A DNA stretch of 64,000 nucleotides, taken from Clostridia bacterium. Its GTDB lineage: Bacteria > Bacillota > Clostridia > TANB77 > CAG-465. Position 1 is the stretch's first letter. The number at the start of each line of letters is the position of its first letter. The translations under genes were made by a program, and so were the position numbers. The notes beneath the pieces are model-generated. The model made no database searches and had not been told where the DNA came from. It was given only the letters and a program-made list of their open reading frames with translations. The stretch is from the NCBI GenBank assembly GCA_045536565.1, contig JAZSNU010000003.1, positions 78,544 through 142,543 on the forward strand, given 5' to 3'. Positions 54,282-63,965 of this stretch are shown here, piece by piece.

Positions 54282-55364
54282 ATGGAGAATTTTGACAAAG
54301 TTGAAAATGTGGATAATAGCACGAATAATACAAGCAGAAGTGAAAAAATGAGCTTTATGTCATTATATACAAAACTATATAATGAAAATTTTGAAGAATT
54401 AGAAAAATTAAGAGAAAAAGAAAGAAAAACAGGGATAATTATATTCGTTTGCATATTTTCATTTCTGGTTTGTGGAATATTATGTCCTTTTTTATTACCG
54501 ATTATGGCACTTGCTATGTTTATAGCAATAATAGTTATAGTTGTAAAAGCGTTTAGTAATAATAAACATAATTTAGTTGAAATGAAAAACATAAAAGAAA
54601 GTAGTTATGTGAGTGATAAAGATGATGTAATTCTTGTAAAAGATAATACAAGAATGAAAGTTTTAAAGAAGGATTCATATAGTTCGGTTTTTAAAGAAAA
54701 AATAATAAAACCTATTATACAAAATATACATCCAGAATGCGAGTATATATGGTATAGAGGTATGGACAGATATGAGTATAGAAAAGGGGAGTGGGAAAGT
54801 TTTGATTTATATGATTCAGAAGATCAAATTATAGCACCAATAGAAATAGCAGGATATGAAGATGTTAAATCAGAACTTGTAATGTCAGAAGTACATACTC
54901 AAAATGAGCATACTGATTCAGATGGAGATACGCATAGAACAACACTATTTCACGGACTTGCTGGATATATAAAATTACCGAAGAATATAGGAACATATAT
55001 AAAAGTAAAAAGGGATGCAATAAAGTTTTTTGGTGGCTCAAAACAAAGATTAAACATGGACATGTCTGAGTTTGAAAAAATATTTGATGTTGAAGCAGGA
55101 GACAAAATAAAGGCAATGCAAATATTGACAGCAGATGTAATGACTGAGATGATTAATATGATTCAGACTACAAAAGTTAAATTTGAATTCTATATAAATC
55201 ATGATATGATGTATGTAAGATTCCATACAGGAGAATTGTTTGAACCTAGCATTTTTGGAAAATCAATGCAATTTGATATGCTCAAAAAATATGTTGATAT
55301 AACAGAAAATGTAATTAAAATAGCAGAGGCTATATGTAATAAGATTATGAGTGTAGAGGTTTAG
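54282..55364 (+). CDS. Membrane protein, possibly DUF3137-like (commonly paired with LemA)
   Basis: Two central-N-terminal TM helices plus a ~260-aa soluble domain. It lies immediately upstream of lemA. The family name is recalled from memory and not verified. Confidence 0.5.
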   Translation: MENFDKVENVDNSTNNTSRSEKMSFMSLYTKLYNENFEELEKLREKERKTGIIIFVCIFSFLVCGILCPFLLPIMALAMFIAIIVIVVKAFSNNKHNLVEMKNIKESSYVSDKDDVILVKDNTRMKVLKKDSYSSVFKEKIIKPIIQNIHPECEYIWYRGMDRYEYRKGEWESFDLYDSEDQIIAPIEIAGYEDVKSELVMSEVHTQNEHTDSDGDTHRTTLFHGLAGYIKLPKNIGTYIKVKRDAIKFFGGSKQRLNMDMSEFEKIFDVEAGDKIKAMQILTADVMTEMINMIQTTKVKFEFYINHDMMYVRFHTGELFEPSIFGKSMQFDMLKKYVDITENVIKIAEAICNKIMSVEV

Positions 55365-55377
55365 GAGGAAATATAAT

Positions 55378-56034
55378 ATGGAAAGTAATAGTGGTATAGC
55401 AAAATTTGTATTAATAATGTTTTTTGTAATATTCTTTGGGGCATTTCTAGCACCTTTTTTGCCAATAATATTACCTTTTTTAGGAACATTACATCCAATA
55501 GTTTGGGTAATAGCAATAGTATTGATAGTTATTATGTGGGTAGTAGGAATATATAATAAGTTTATACATTTAGCACAAAAAGTAAATCAAGCAGCAGGAA
55601 CAATAGATGTATATTTAAAACAAAGATTTGATTTAATACCAAATCTTGTAGAAACAGTTAAAGGATATGCAAAATATGAAAAAGATGTTTTAACAAAAGT
55701 TACAGAACTTAGAAATGCATATATAAATAACAAAAATGAAGATTTAGAAATAAGTGCTACATTAAATGATAAATATAATCAGCTTATTGCTGTAATGGAA
55801 AATTATCCAGAACTTAAAGCAAATGAAGGATTTTTAAATCTACAAAAGCAATTATCTAAGATTGAAAGTCAGCTTCAAGCAGCAAGAAGAATATATAACG
55901 CAGAAGTTACTGAATATAATATTAAGTTGCATTCGGTTCCTTCTAATATAATTGCTGGAATGTTTGGATTTAAAGAAGCAAAACTTTTTGAGATTAAACC
56001 ATATGAGGCTGAAAATATAAACATTAATATATAA
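55378..56034 (+). CDS. lemA: LemA family protein
   Basis: TM helix, then YNKFIHLAQKVNQAAGTIDVYLKQRFDLIPNLVETVKGYAKYEKDVL and ENYPELKANEGFLNLQ. Confidence 0.85.
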   Translation: MESNSGIAKFVLIMFFVIFFGAFLAPFLPIILPFLGTLHPIVWVIAIVLIVIMWVVGIYNKFIHLAQKVNQAAGTIDVYLKQRFDLIPNLVETVKGYAKYEKDVLTKVTELRNAYINNKNEDLEISATLNDKYNQLIAVMENYPELKANEGFLNLQKQLSKIESQLQAARRIYNAEVTEYNIKLHSVPSNIIAGMFGFKEAKLFEIKPYEAENININI

Positions 56035-56054
56035 TAAATTTTTTACTAAGGATG

Positions 56055-56088
56055 AAGTTGAAACAGTAAATTTTCTGTTTCAACTTTT
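56055..56088 (+). terminator. Intrinsic terminator
   Basis: 12-bp stem AAGTTGAAACAG/CTGTTTCAACTT followed by Ts. Confidence 0.75.
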
Positions 56089-56118
56089 GTGCGGCTAAAA
56101 ACAATTTAGGGGGAGAAT

Positions 56119-58260
56119 ATGAACGATAAAATAATAGAAGAAATAAGCAAAGAGTTAAATATAAAAAGTGTACAAGCAAGAAAGACACTTGAACTTTTAC
56201 AAGATGGAAATACAATTCCGTTTATAGCAAGATATCGTAAAGAAGTAACAGAAAATCTTGATGAAGAGCAAATAAGAAAAATAAGTGAAGTATATGAGTA
56301 TCAAGTTAATCTTTTAAAAAGAAAAGAAGATGTTATTCGTTTAATTGATGAAAAGGGTATGTTAACACCTGAACTTAAAGATGAAATAATGAAAGCAGAA
56401 AAACTAGTTGAAGTAGAGGATATATATAGACCATTTAAAGAAAAGAAAAAAACAAAAGCAACTGAGGCTATCCAAAACGGACTAGAACCACTAGCAAAAG
56501 AGATTATGAAATTCCCGAAACAAATGCCTAATGTTTCAAAATATATAAATGAGAAAGTAAAAACAGAAGAGGATGCAATAGAAGGCGCTAAATATATAAT
56601 AGCGGAATTGATTAGCGATAATTCAAATTATAGGAAATGGATTAGATCAAATATAGAAAGATATAGCAATATAGAATGTAAGATAAAGAAAAAAGCAGAA
56701 GATGAAAATAAAGTGTATGCAATGTACTATGACTATGCAGAAAGAGTAAAAGATATAAAGCCACATAGAGTTTTAGCTATAAATAGAGGCGAAAAAGAAG
56801 GAGTACTGACAGTTAGCATTGATGATAATAAAGAAAGAGTAATTAGTTGGCTTGAAAACAAAGTTGTAGGAAATAGGAAAGAATCTGTTGTTTACAAATA
56901 TGTACTAGAAGCAATTGACGATAGTTATAAAAGATTAATATTTCCAAGTATACAAAGAGAGGTAAGAAAAGAACTTACTGAAAAAGCAGAAGAAGTTGCA
57001 ATAGATGTATTTGGGAAGAATTTAGAAAAACTATTATTACAACCACCCATGAAAGAAAAAACAGTATTAGGTTTAGACCCTGCATATAGGACAGGGTGTA
57101 AATTAGCAGTTATAGATTCAACTGGAAAACCTAAAAACATATCGGTTATTTATCCTCATGAGCCTAAAAATCAATATGTTCAGAGTAAAGCAAAACTTCT
57201 TGAACTTATTGATAAATATGATGTTGATATAATAGCTATAGGAAACGGAACTGCATCAAGAGAAAGTGAAGCCTTAGTTGCAGATACAATAAAGGATGCA
57301 AAGAAAGATGTAAAATACATAATAGTAAATGAAGCAGGGGCTAGTGTATATTCTGCAAGTAAACTTGCAATAGAAGAATTTCCTGATTTACATGTTGAAG
57401 AAAGAAGTGCAATTAGTATAGCAAGAAGATTGCAAGACCCACTTAGCGAACTTGTAAAGATAGATTCGAAGAGTATTGGAGTCGGACAATATCAACATGA
57501 TGTCCAAGAAAAAAGATTAGATGAATCTTTAAATTTCGTTGTTTCAAAAGCAGTTAATAATGTTGGAGTAAATATAAACACAGCAAGTAGAGAGCTTTTG
57601 ACATATGTATCAGGACTTAATAAAAAATCTATTGATTCAATACTAGAATATAGAAACAAAAATGGTAAAATTAATTCTAGGCAAGAATTAAAAAAAGTAA
57701 AATCTTATGGAGATAAAGCATATGAACAATCAATAGGATTTATACGAATTGTAGATGGAAATAACATATTAGATAAAACAGGAATACATCCTGAAAGTTA
57801 TGATATAACATTAAAATTATTAAAAGATTTAGATATTGAAATAGAGCAGATAGGAACAGATGAAGTAATAAATAAATTAAGTAATGTAAATATACAAAGT
57901 AAAGCAAAAGAACTTAATGTAGATGAATATACATTGGAGGATATTGTAAAGTATTTAATATCTCCGACAAGAGATCCAAGAGATGAAGTTCCGTCGCCTA
58001 TATTAAAAAGTGATGTATTAAAACTAGAAGATTTAAAACCGGGTATGAAATTACAAGGTACAGTTAGAAATGTTGTAGATTTTGGTGCATTTATAGATAT
58101 AGGAATAAAAAATGATGGACTTGCACATATTTCTAAACTTACAGATAAATATATAAAACATCCATTAGAAGTACTAAGCGTAGGTGATATAGTGGACTGT
58201 TATGTAGAAGAAATATTTTTTGACAAGAAAAAGGTAGCACTTACATTAATTAAGCCTTAG
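56119..58260 (+). CDS. tex: Tex-like transcription accessory protein with C-terminal S1 domain
   Basis: TIPFIARYRKE, YqgF-like GLDPAYRTGCKLAVID, GVGQYQHD, S1 domain GTVRNVVDFGAFIDIG. Confidence 0.9.
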   Translation: MNDKIIEEISKELNIKSVQARKTLELLQDGNTIPFIARYRKEVTENLDEEQIRKISEVYEYQVNLLKRKEDVIRLIDEKGMLTPELKDEIMKAEKLVEVEDIYRPFKEKKKTKATEAIQNGLEPLAKEIMKFPKQMPNVSKYINEKVKTEEDAIEGAKYIIAELISDNSNYRKWIRSNIERYSNIECKIKKKAEDENKVYAMYYDYAERVKDIKPHRVLAINRGEKEGVLTVSIDDNKERVISWLENKVVGNRKESVVYKYVLEAIDDSYKRLIFPSIQREVRKELTEKAEEVAIDVFGKNLEKLLLQPPMKEKTVLGLDPAYRTGCKLAVIDSTGKPKNISVIYPHEPKNQYVQSKAKLLELIDKYDVDIIAIGNGTASRESEALVADTIKDAKKDVKYIIVNEAGASVYSASKLAIEEFPDLHVEERSAISIARRLQDPLSELVKIDSKSIGVGQYQHDVQEKRLDESLNFVVSKAVNNVGVNINTASRELLTYVSGLNKKSIDSILEYRNKNGKINSRQELKKVKSYGDKAYEQSIGFIRIVDGNNILDKTGIHPESYDITLKLLKDLDIEIEQIGTDEVINKLSNVNIQSKAKELNVDEYTLEDIVKYLISPTRDPRDEVPSPILKSDVLKLEDLKPGMKLQGTVRNVVDFGAFIDIGIKNDGLAHISKLTDKYIKHPLEVLSVGDIVDCYVEEIFFDKKKVALTLIKP

Positions 58261-58347
58261 GCAAAAAACCAAGGCATTCAAAAGATAATTAATAAACATA
58301 GGATAAAATAAATAAGTTACATTGTTATATATTTTAGGAGGATTATT

Positions 58348-58953
58348 ATGGCAAAGTTAAAAGTTTGTTATGGTGCAATGAATGCCGGAAAAACTATGGA
58401 GGCACTAAGGGTTATATTTAATTATGAACAATTAGGACATAGAGTTTTAGTTGTAAAACCAGAAATAGATTCAAAAGGTGGTAACACGATAATTAGTAGA
58501 ACAGGGTATAGCAGAGAGGTAGATGTTTTACTAAAAGAAGATGAGGATATATATAAAATATTTATTAAAGAAAATGCTAGAGGAAAAGAAATAAAATGTG
58601 TTGTTGTAGATGAGGCACAATTTTTAACTAAAAGGCATGTAGAACAATTAACAGATATATGTGATAAAAAAGATATTGCTGTTTTAGCATATGCGTTAAA
58701 AAACAATTTTAAGGGTGAACTTTTTACTGGAATTAAAGCATTGATAGAATATGCTGATGAATTAGAGGAAATACCAACATTATGTTTTAACTGCTTAGAA
58801 GAGCCTATAAAAGCTAGATTTAATGTAAGAATAAAAGACGGAAAACCTATACTTGATAATGCGGGAGAAGTAGCAATTGATGGTGAAGGGGTAGAATATA
58901 TACCAGTTTGTAGAAAATGTTTTAAAGAAATACAAAGAAGTAAAATGTTATAA
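58348..58953 (+). CDS. tdk: Thymidine kinase
   Basis: GAMNAGKT P-loop, VDEAQF, zinc ribbon C..C...C..C. Confidence 0.92.
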   Translation: MAKLKVCYGAMNAGKTMEALRVIFNYEQLGHRVLVVKPEIDSKGGNTIISRTGYSREVDVLLKEDEDIYKIFIKENARGKEIKCVVVDEAQFLTKRHVEQLTDICDKKDIAVLAYALKNNFKGELFTGIKALIEYADELEEIPTLCFNCLEEPIKARFNVRIKDGKPILDNAGEVAIDGEGVEYIPVCRKCFKEIQRSKML

Positions 58954-58998
58954 TAATTGAAAAATGTAATATATTATGATAAAATATATTACATAAAC

Positions 58999-59072
58999 GC
59001 AGGTTTAGTTTAGTGGTAGAATAGAAGGCTTCCGATCTTTTGGCGTGGGTTCGATTCCCACAACCTGCTCCA
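58999..59072 (+). tRNA. tRNA-Gly (anticodon TCC), CCA encoded
   Basis: Acceptor GCAGGTT/AACCTGC, anticodon loop CTTCCGA, T arm GTGGG-TTCGATT-CCCAC. The anticodon stem has two G-U pairs. Confidence 0.85.
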
Positions 59073-59081
59073 AGTTTACGA

Positions 59082-59114
59082 AGAATCTAACCTTTATGTT
59101 TGGTTCTTTTTTTT
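59082..59114 (+). terminator. Terminator after tRNA-Gly
   Basis: 10-bp stem AGAATCTAAC/GTTTGGTTCT (one mismatch, one G-U pair) followed by a T-run. Confidence 0.6.
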
Positions 59115-59126
59115 GTTTACGAAAGG

Positions 59127-59155
59127 TTGAAAAATTATGTGAACAATGATATAAT
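59127..59155 (+). promoter_or_regulatory. Sigma-A promoter of the 91-aa gene
   Basis: TTGAAA, 17 nt, extended -10 TGaTATAAT. ATGTGAAC occurs in the spacer (59137) and again 40 nt downstream (59177). Confidence 0.55.
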
Positions 59156-59243
59156 TACAACTGGAATTATTTAATCATGTGAACTAAACATAATAGTAAA
59201 GTGATATTCTTATTTTAATATTTTAAGGAAGGGAGACAATAAT

Positions 59244-59519
59244 ATGTCTAGCACTAATGAAAAACTTACTTGTTGCGGAGATGTGATAGAATTGCTTTAT
59301 CACAAGGGAAATTTTGGGGAACGTTCTTTTTCTTTGTGTAAAACTTTGGTTTTGGAAAATACCCAATGTAATGACTATGGTATGTGGATCCACATGCTTA
59401 TTGTTGAAAACGACCGTTACCCAATTATCATTTCTGAGGAATGTGCAAAAACTATTTTGAAAAATCCAGAACAAGGGCAGAATATAGTGTATAATCGTTG
59501 GTTGGATAGATACAAATAA
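59244..59519 (+). CDS. Hypothetical 91-aa protein
   Basis: GGAAGGGAG RBS. Visibly less AT-rich than its surroundings. No family recognised. Confidence 0.5.
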   Translation: MSSTNEKLTCCGDVIELLYHKGNFGERSFSLCKTLVLENTQCNDYGMWIHMLIVENDRYPIIISEECAKTILKNPEQGQNIVYNRWLDRYK

Positions 59520-59529
59520 TAGCATATGA

Positions 59530-59583
59530 AATAAAGAACTGTTTGAATGTGATATTTTAGATTCAAACAGTTCTTTATTTTCT
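59530..59583 (+). terminator. Strong intrinsic terminator
   Basis: Perfect 19-bp stem AATAAAGAACTGTTTGAAT/ATTCAAACAGTTCTTTATT followed by Ts. Confidence 0.85.
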
Positions 59584-59657
59584 ATTTATAACTAAATTAC
59601 TTGTAGTAATTATAAATTTTATTTCATTCCTTTTTATAACATATAAATAGTTAATAA

Positions 59658-59694
59658 AAACAACTTACATACTCAATTGATTAGTAAGTTGTTT
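59658..59694 (-). terminator. Terminator of the IMPase-family gene
   Basis: 11-bp stem AAACAACTTAC/GTAAGTTGTTT, with a T-run on the minus strand. Confidence 0.7.
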
Positions 59695-59732
59695 ATTTGT
59701 CTTAAATTGAACTTCTCAGTCATTTATATGTT

Positions 59733-60530
59733 TTAAAACATTTTAATATCATATTTTTTAACAATATTTAATATATCTTCATGTACTAATCCATTACTTA
59801 TTATGGCTCCATTTACGTCTTGGTCATATCTTTGTTCATTTCCAAATAAATCAGTTACTTTTCCGCCTGCTTCTTCAACTATTATTTTGACCGCTGCTAA
59901 ATCACAGTTTTTGTGTGCTACACCTGGAAATAAAGCAAAATTAAAGTCACCGTTTGCTACGCACATGCCAGCGCGAATAACACTTCCTATACTAACAGCA
60001 TATGTTTTATGATAAATTTCATTTATAGGTTCACATATATTATAATATGCAGGATGAGGCATTGAATCTACATGACCTATACTTCCAATATCTTCTATTT
60101 TGAGATTGTTAACACTGATTTTTTTGTTATTTAAATATGCGCCATTTCCTTTTGAAGCAGTATATAAATTGTTCGTAAATGGATCAAAAACAACACCTAT
60201 TATAGGGATACCATCTACTACTAATGCAAGAGAAAATACTGCAACAGGTATATGTCTAGCATACATTGCAGTACCATCTACAGGATCACATACCCAAACA
60301 TAATTACTTTTTCCAAACTGTGCTTCTTCACCATCAATAGAGTGGTCAGGAAAAGTTTCCTTAACTCTTTTGATTAAATATTCGTTTATTTCAGTGTCCG
60401 CTTTAGTTACTATTGTTTGATCGAATTTGTAATTTGCTCCATTATCTTCATTAAAGTATTTTATCATTATATTACCAGCCTGATATGCAATTTCTTTTGC
60501 AAATAATAAATATTTTTTTCCATATTTCAT
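59733..60530 (-). CDS. Inositol monophosphatase family protein
   Basis: VTKADTE, EE, WVCDPVDGT, ...GGKVTD. I prefer the start at the internal ATG (MKYGKK...) preceded by AAGGGG. Confidence 0.8.
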   Translation of the reverse strand: MKYGKKYLLFAKEIAYQAGNIMIKYFNEDNGANYKFDQTIVTKADTEINEYLIKRVKETFPDHSIDGEEAQFGKSNYVWVCDPVDGTAMYARHIPVAVFSLALVVDGIPIIGVVFDPFTNNLYTASKGNGAYLNNKKISVNNLKIEDIGSIGHVDSMPHPAYYNICEPINEIYHKTYAVSIGSVIRAGMCVANGDFNFALFPGVAHKNCDLAAVKIIVEEAGGKVTDLFGNEQRYDQDVNGAIISNGLVHEDILNIVKKYDIKMF

Positions 60531-60748
60531 AACCCCTTTATATATCATTTAAAACTATACTACAAAAAACAAAAAAAATACTATACTATAGCTTAAAAAA
60601 TAATAAATATATATTAATTGTTTGACTCAAAATAGATGCTTTATAATAAAAATAGGTGTGTGCCAATTGATAAATTTACATAAATATGATATAATAATAA
60701 ATGTATGTAAGTAATAAACCTAAAAAAATTTAAGAGGGAGGAATATTA

Positions 60749-61105
60749 ATGTTTCAAATTTTTATAACTGTCGTGATAGCCGTTTTGGTCGGAGGACTAC
60801 TACTTAAATATTGGGAAAAGATATTAGGTATTATATCGGCAATACTTGCAATAGTATTTTTAGTAGCAGTGTATATAATTGAATTGCCATTTAAGTTAAT
60901 TGCAGCATGTATACCCAGGACTAATCTTGAAACAAAACTAGTACGGATGTATGACTATTTATTATCTGTAGAATCAAATATTAAGTCTGTTAGGAAAATG
61001 CATAAAAAGATTGAACAATATGAAAAGTATTTGAGAGAGCAGAAACAAGAAGAAAAGTATAAAGAAGGAGTAAAATTACTCAAAGAAGCTAAGTGGGTTA
61101 TTTAA
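60749..61105 (+). CDS. Hypothetical membrane protein with a coiled-coil tail
   Basis: GGGAGG RBS. Two TM helices. No family recognised. Confidence 0.45.
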   Translation: MFQIFITVVIAVLVGGLLLKYWEKILGIISAILAIVFLVAVYIIELPFKLIAACIPRTNLETKLVRMYDYLLSVESNIKSVRKMHKKIEQYEKYLREQKQEEKYKEGVKLLKEAKWVI

Positions 61106-61122
61106 CTTAAGGAGGGACAATT

Positions 61123-61656
61123 ATGGGGAATGTATTAAAAAACATTACTGTCACTGCAATGGGAATTGCTTTGTTTGTAGTACTTTCTATGTGTTTGCAA
61201 ATCCCTGTATTTGAAAATTATTATTTGTGCCTAGGATATGTGGCAATGACAGTCTACTGCTATATAGTTGGTACTACAAGTGGAACATTAGTTGGAACAA
61301 TAGGCGTATTTTTATATTGCCTCCTTATTTGTGGGCTTAGAGGTATGCCTGGATGGGTAGCAGGAAATTTAATCCTTGGTATAGTTATGGGGCTGACTTT
61401 TAAAGTTACTAAGAGATTAAAGAAACCAGTACTAGAATTAATTATATCAGCAATCGTTATAATAATAACAACTGCATTTGCAATATTAGTAATAAAATCG
61501 GTAGTAGAGTATTTAATTTATTCTGAACCCTTTATACTAAGAGTTGTCAAGAATGTCTATGCTTTTGTAGCAGATGCGTTTGTAATAGTTGTTAGTATTC
61601 CAATTGCTAGATTATTAGAACCTAAGTTTAATTCAATAATAAATAATAAAAATTAG
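61123..61656 (+). CDS. Polytopic membrane protein, possibly an ECF-transporter S component
   Basis: AAGGAGGG RBS. About six TM helices and a size of 177 aa, typical of S components. The assignment is tentative. Confidence 0.4.
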   Translation: MGNVLKNITVTAMGIALFVVLSMCLQIPVFENYYLCLGYVAMTVYCYIVGTTSGTLVGTIGVFLYCLLICGLRGMPGWVAGNLILGIVMGLTFKVTKRLKKPVLELIISAIVIIITTAFAILVIKSVVEYLIYSEPFILRVVKNVYAFVADAFVIVVSIPIARLLEPKFNSIINNKN

Positions 61657-61679
61657 AGCAGATTTCTGCTCTAATTTTA
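61652..61679. terminator. Bidirectional terminator
   Basis: 10-bp stem ATTAGAGCAG/CTGCTCTAAT followed by Ts. Confidence 0.8.
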
Positions 61680-61711
61680 TATAAATATAAAATTGTTTAG
61701 ATTAATGAAGG

Positions 61712-62122
61712 TTAATTGTTCATGAAGTTATCTTGTATAAAATCATATAGCCAGCCTCCATAAAGTGCATCTACATGTTCTACTATAATGCCATTATCTT
61801 TAAAAGTTTTTAAATATTGTTCTTCATCAGGCAATTTTGTTGTAGAGTTAATAATTATTGGAATATTTAAGTTTAATCTTTTTATTTCTTCAATTATTAT
61901 TAAACCCTCAAGCTCGTTATATTTTGTTTCATCTTCATAAAACGGTAAACCTAGATCTACTATAACTAAATCGATTTCATTTGAATTTTTACGTAAATAC
62001 CTTAAGCCATCGCAACAATTTTCCATGATTTCACAATTAAAATCGACGCTTTGAGATTTTAAATATTCAATAGCAGTATGAACTTTAAATTTAGGAACAT
62101 CGTCTATAATTAATATGTTCAT
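61712..62122 (-). CDS. Stand-alone response-regulator receiver domain protein
   Basis: MNILIIDD, VIVDLGLP (phospho-acceptor Asp context), IIINSTT. No output domain (136 aa). Confidence 0.75.
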   Translation of the reverse strand: MNILIIDDVPKFKVHTAIEYLKSQSVDFNCEIMENCCDGLRYLRKNSNEIDLVIVDLGLPFYEDETKYNELEGLIIIEEIKRLNLNIPIIINSTTKLPDEEQYLKTFKDNGIIVEHVDALYGGWLYDFIQDNFMNN

Positions 62123-62146
62123 TGCGTACTTTCCTCCAGTCTTAGT

Positions 62147-62596
62147 TTAAAAAGCAATATGAAAAATATTATCACCCGTTATTTTTCTCATTTTTTCGTT
62201 GTCTTGGTCCGAAGGTTCGGTTTGCGTCCAAGCATTAATTATTGTATGATATGGACCAGTTTCGAGTTGTTCTGCATTTACTATACAAACTTCTTGGCTT
62301 TTATCCTTAATGCTGTTTAAGTATTTTCTCAATTCTCCAACAGTTAGACACTTGTAATAATCTGCATTTCGAAAAGCATTAATTACAAGAACAACTCTTA
62401 CCATCTTTTGTTCCATATGACTCCTATATGAAGAAAGATTTGTTGAAAAAACTTCCGCTTCTTTTAGCGCAACACAAGGACATTCTGAAGGATCTCTTGA
62501 AAGAAAATATCCTCCTGCTACTACTGAATATAAGTTTTGCTTATCTTTTGCACCTTGCCTTTTCATAATTTCTAAAAGTTCAGATACTGTTTTCAT
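62147..62596 (-). CDS. Hypothetical 149-aa protein, co-transcribed with the receiver
   Basis: AAGGAGG RBS. 24 nt upstream of the receiver gene. Less AT-rich than its neighbours. No family recognised. Confidence 0.5.
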   Translation of the reverse strand: MKTVSELLEIMKRQGAKDKQNLYSVVAGGYFLSRDPSECPCVALKEAEVFSTNLSSYRSHMEQKMVRVVLVINAFRNADYYKCLTVGELRKYLNSIKDKSQEVCIVNAEQLETGPYHTIINAWTQTEPSDQDNEKMRKITGDNIFHIAF

Positions 62597-62681
62597 TAAT
62601 ATGACCTCCTTAGAATTATCTATAATTTTATGTTTTTTTAATCAATAATTATTGTATAAATAAATTATACATTGCTATAAT

Positions 62682-62710
62682 ATTTTATCATACCTTCCGA
62701 ATTATGTCAA
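62682..62710 (-). promoter_or_regulatory. Sigma-A promoter of the unknown/receiver operon
   Basis: Minus strand: TTGACA, 17 nt, extended -10 TGaTAAAAT. Confidence 0.55.
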
Positions 62711-62743
62711 TTATACGCTACAAAATATGCCTATGACAATCTA

Positions 62744-62782
62744 AAACCAACTTACACACTAAGTTAGTATATAAGTTGGTTT
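62744..62782 (-). terminator. Terminator of the 145-aa gene
   Basis: 11-bp stem AAACCAACTTA/TAAGTTGGTTT. The 5' part resembles the terminator at 59658. Confidence 0.7.
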
Positions 62783-62785
62783 ATA

Positions 62786-63223
62786 CTATAAATATTTCTT
62801 TAACTCATCAATGGTTTTTTCTTGGAATTTTAGAAAATCTTTTGCCATGTTTAAATCAGCTTTACTAACATCTTCCTTATAGTTCTGTATTTTTTTAGTC
62901 ATATCAATACTTCCCATAGAAATACCTTGTATAAGCATATCGGAGATAGCAGAGTCGCTATTGTCAGATTTAACCTCTTTGTTGATTGACATACCAGCCA
63001 TAAACTTAGCAATAAATGGATTTTCAGATATTTCTGCGTGTTCTTTTTTTAATATACTTTTTGTTTGTTCTTTCCAAATTTCATATTCTTTATATATATC
63101 CTCGACAAGTTTTTTTATTTTATTATCTTTTTCCTTTAAATCATTCATTAGCTTTTTTATTGTATAACAAGCCATTTCTGCATCTTGGTATATATGGAGT
63201 ATAAGTTCGTTTTTTTCTTTCAT
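62786..63223 (-). CDS. Hypothetical helical protein (145 aa)
   Basis: AAAGGATG RBS. K/E-rich predicted helices. No family recognised. Confidence 0.5.
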   Translation of the reverse strand: MKEKNELILHIYQDAEMACYTIKKLMNDLKEKDNKIKKLVEDIYKEYEIWKEQTKSILKKEHAEISENPFIAKFMAGMSINKEVKSDNSDSAISDMLIQGISMGSIDMTKKIQNYKEDVSKADLNMAKDFLKFQEKTIDELKKYL

Positions 63224-63392
63224 AATATCATCCTTTCACATATATTATTTGCAGTAAATACAAAAAAATACAAGTATTTAAAAATATACAATATATCGTT
63301 ACAAATATTTTAAATAAAAGTTATTAAAACAGTAGAAAAATTTTTGACATATGTGTTATACTATCATAGATAGAGTATATCCGGAGGAAAGT

Positions 63393-63965
63393 ATGAGGGT
63401 AATATTGGCGTCAAAATCACCAAGAAGAAAAGAAATACTAGGTATGATAACTAAAAAATTTGATGTAATAGTAAGTGATGAAGAAGAAATAATAGATGAA
63501 AAATTAGATATTTATGAGCAAGCAAAGTCGTTAGCATATATTAAGGCAAAAAGTGTTTTTGATAAAACAGCGGGTGAGAGAATAGTTATAGGTTCGGATA
63601 CTATGGTAGTTGATTTAGATGGTAAAATATATGGTAAGCCAAAGGATAGAGAAGATGCAATAAATATGATTAAAACACTTCAAAACACTAAACATAATGT
63701 TATCACATCACTTTCAATATTAGTAGAAAAAGATGGCAAATATAAAGAATATATAGATTATGATTTGGCAGAAGTGTATTTTGAAAATATGACAGATGAG
63801 GAAATAATAAACTGGGTGGATACCGGAGAAGCATATGATAAAGCAGGAGCTTATGCAGTTCAAGGAGAATTTACAAAGCATATTGAAAAAATAAATGGCA
63901 ATTTTTGGACGGTTATGGGACTTCCTGTGCATAAAGTGTATAAGATACTAAAAGACTATATATAA
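63393..63965 (+). CDS. maf: Maf-like nucleoside triphosphate pyrophosphatase (septum formation protein)
   Basis: RVILASKSPRRKEIL, GSDTMV, GKP, AGAYAVQG. I prefer ATG 63393, after a GGAGGAAAG RBS. Confidence 0.88.
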   Translation: MRVILASKSPRRKEILGMITKKFDVIVSDEEEIIDEKLDIYEQAKSLAYIKAKSVFDKTAGERIVIGSDTMVVDLDGKIYGKPKDREDAINMIKTLQNTKHNVITSLSILVEKDGKYKEYIDYDLAEVYFENMTDEEIINWVDTGEAYDKAGAYAVQGEFTKHIEKINGNFWTVMGLPVHKVYKILKDYI

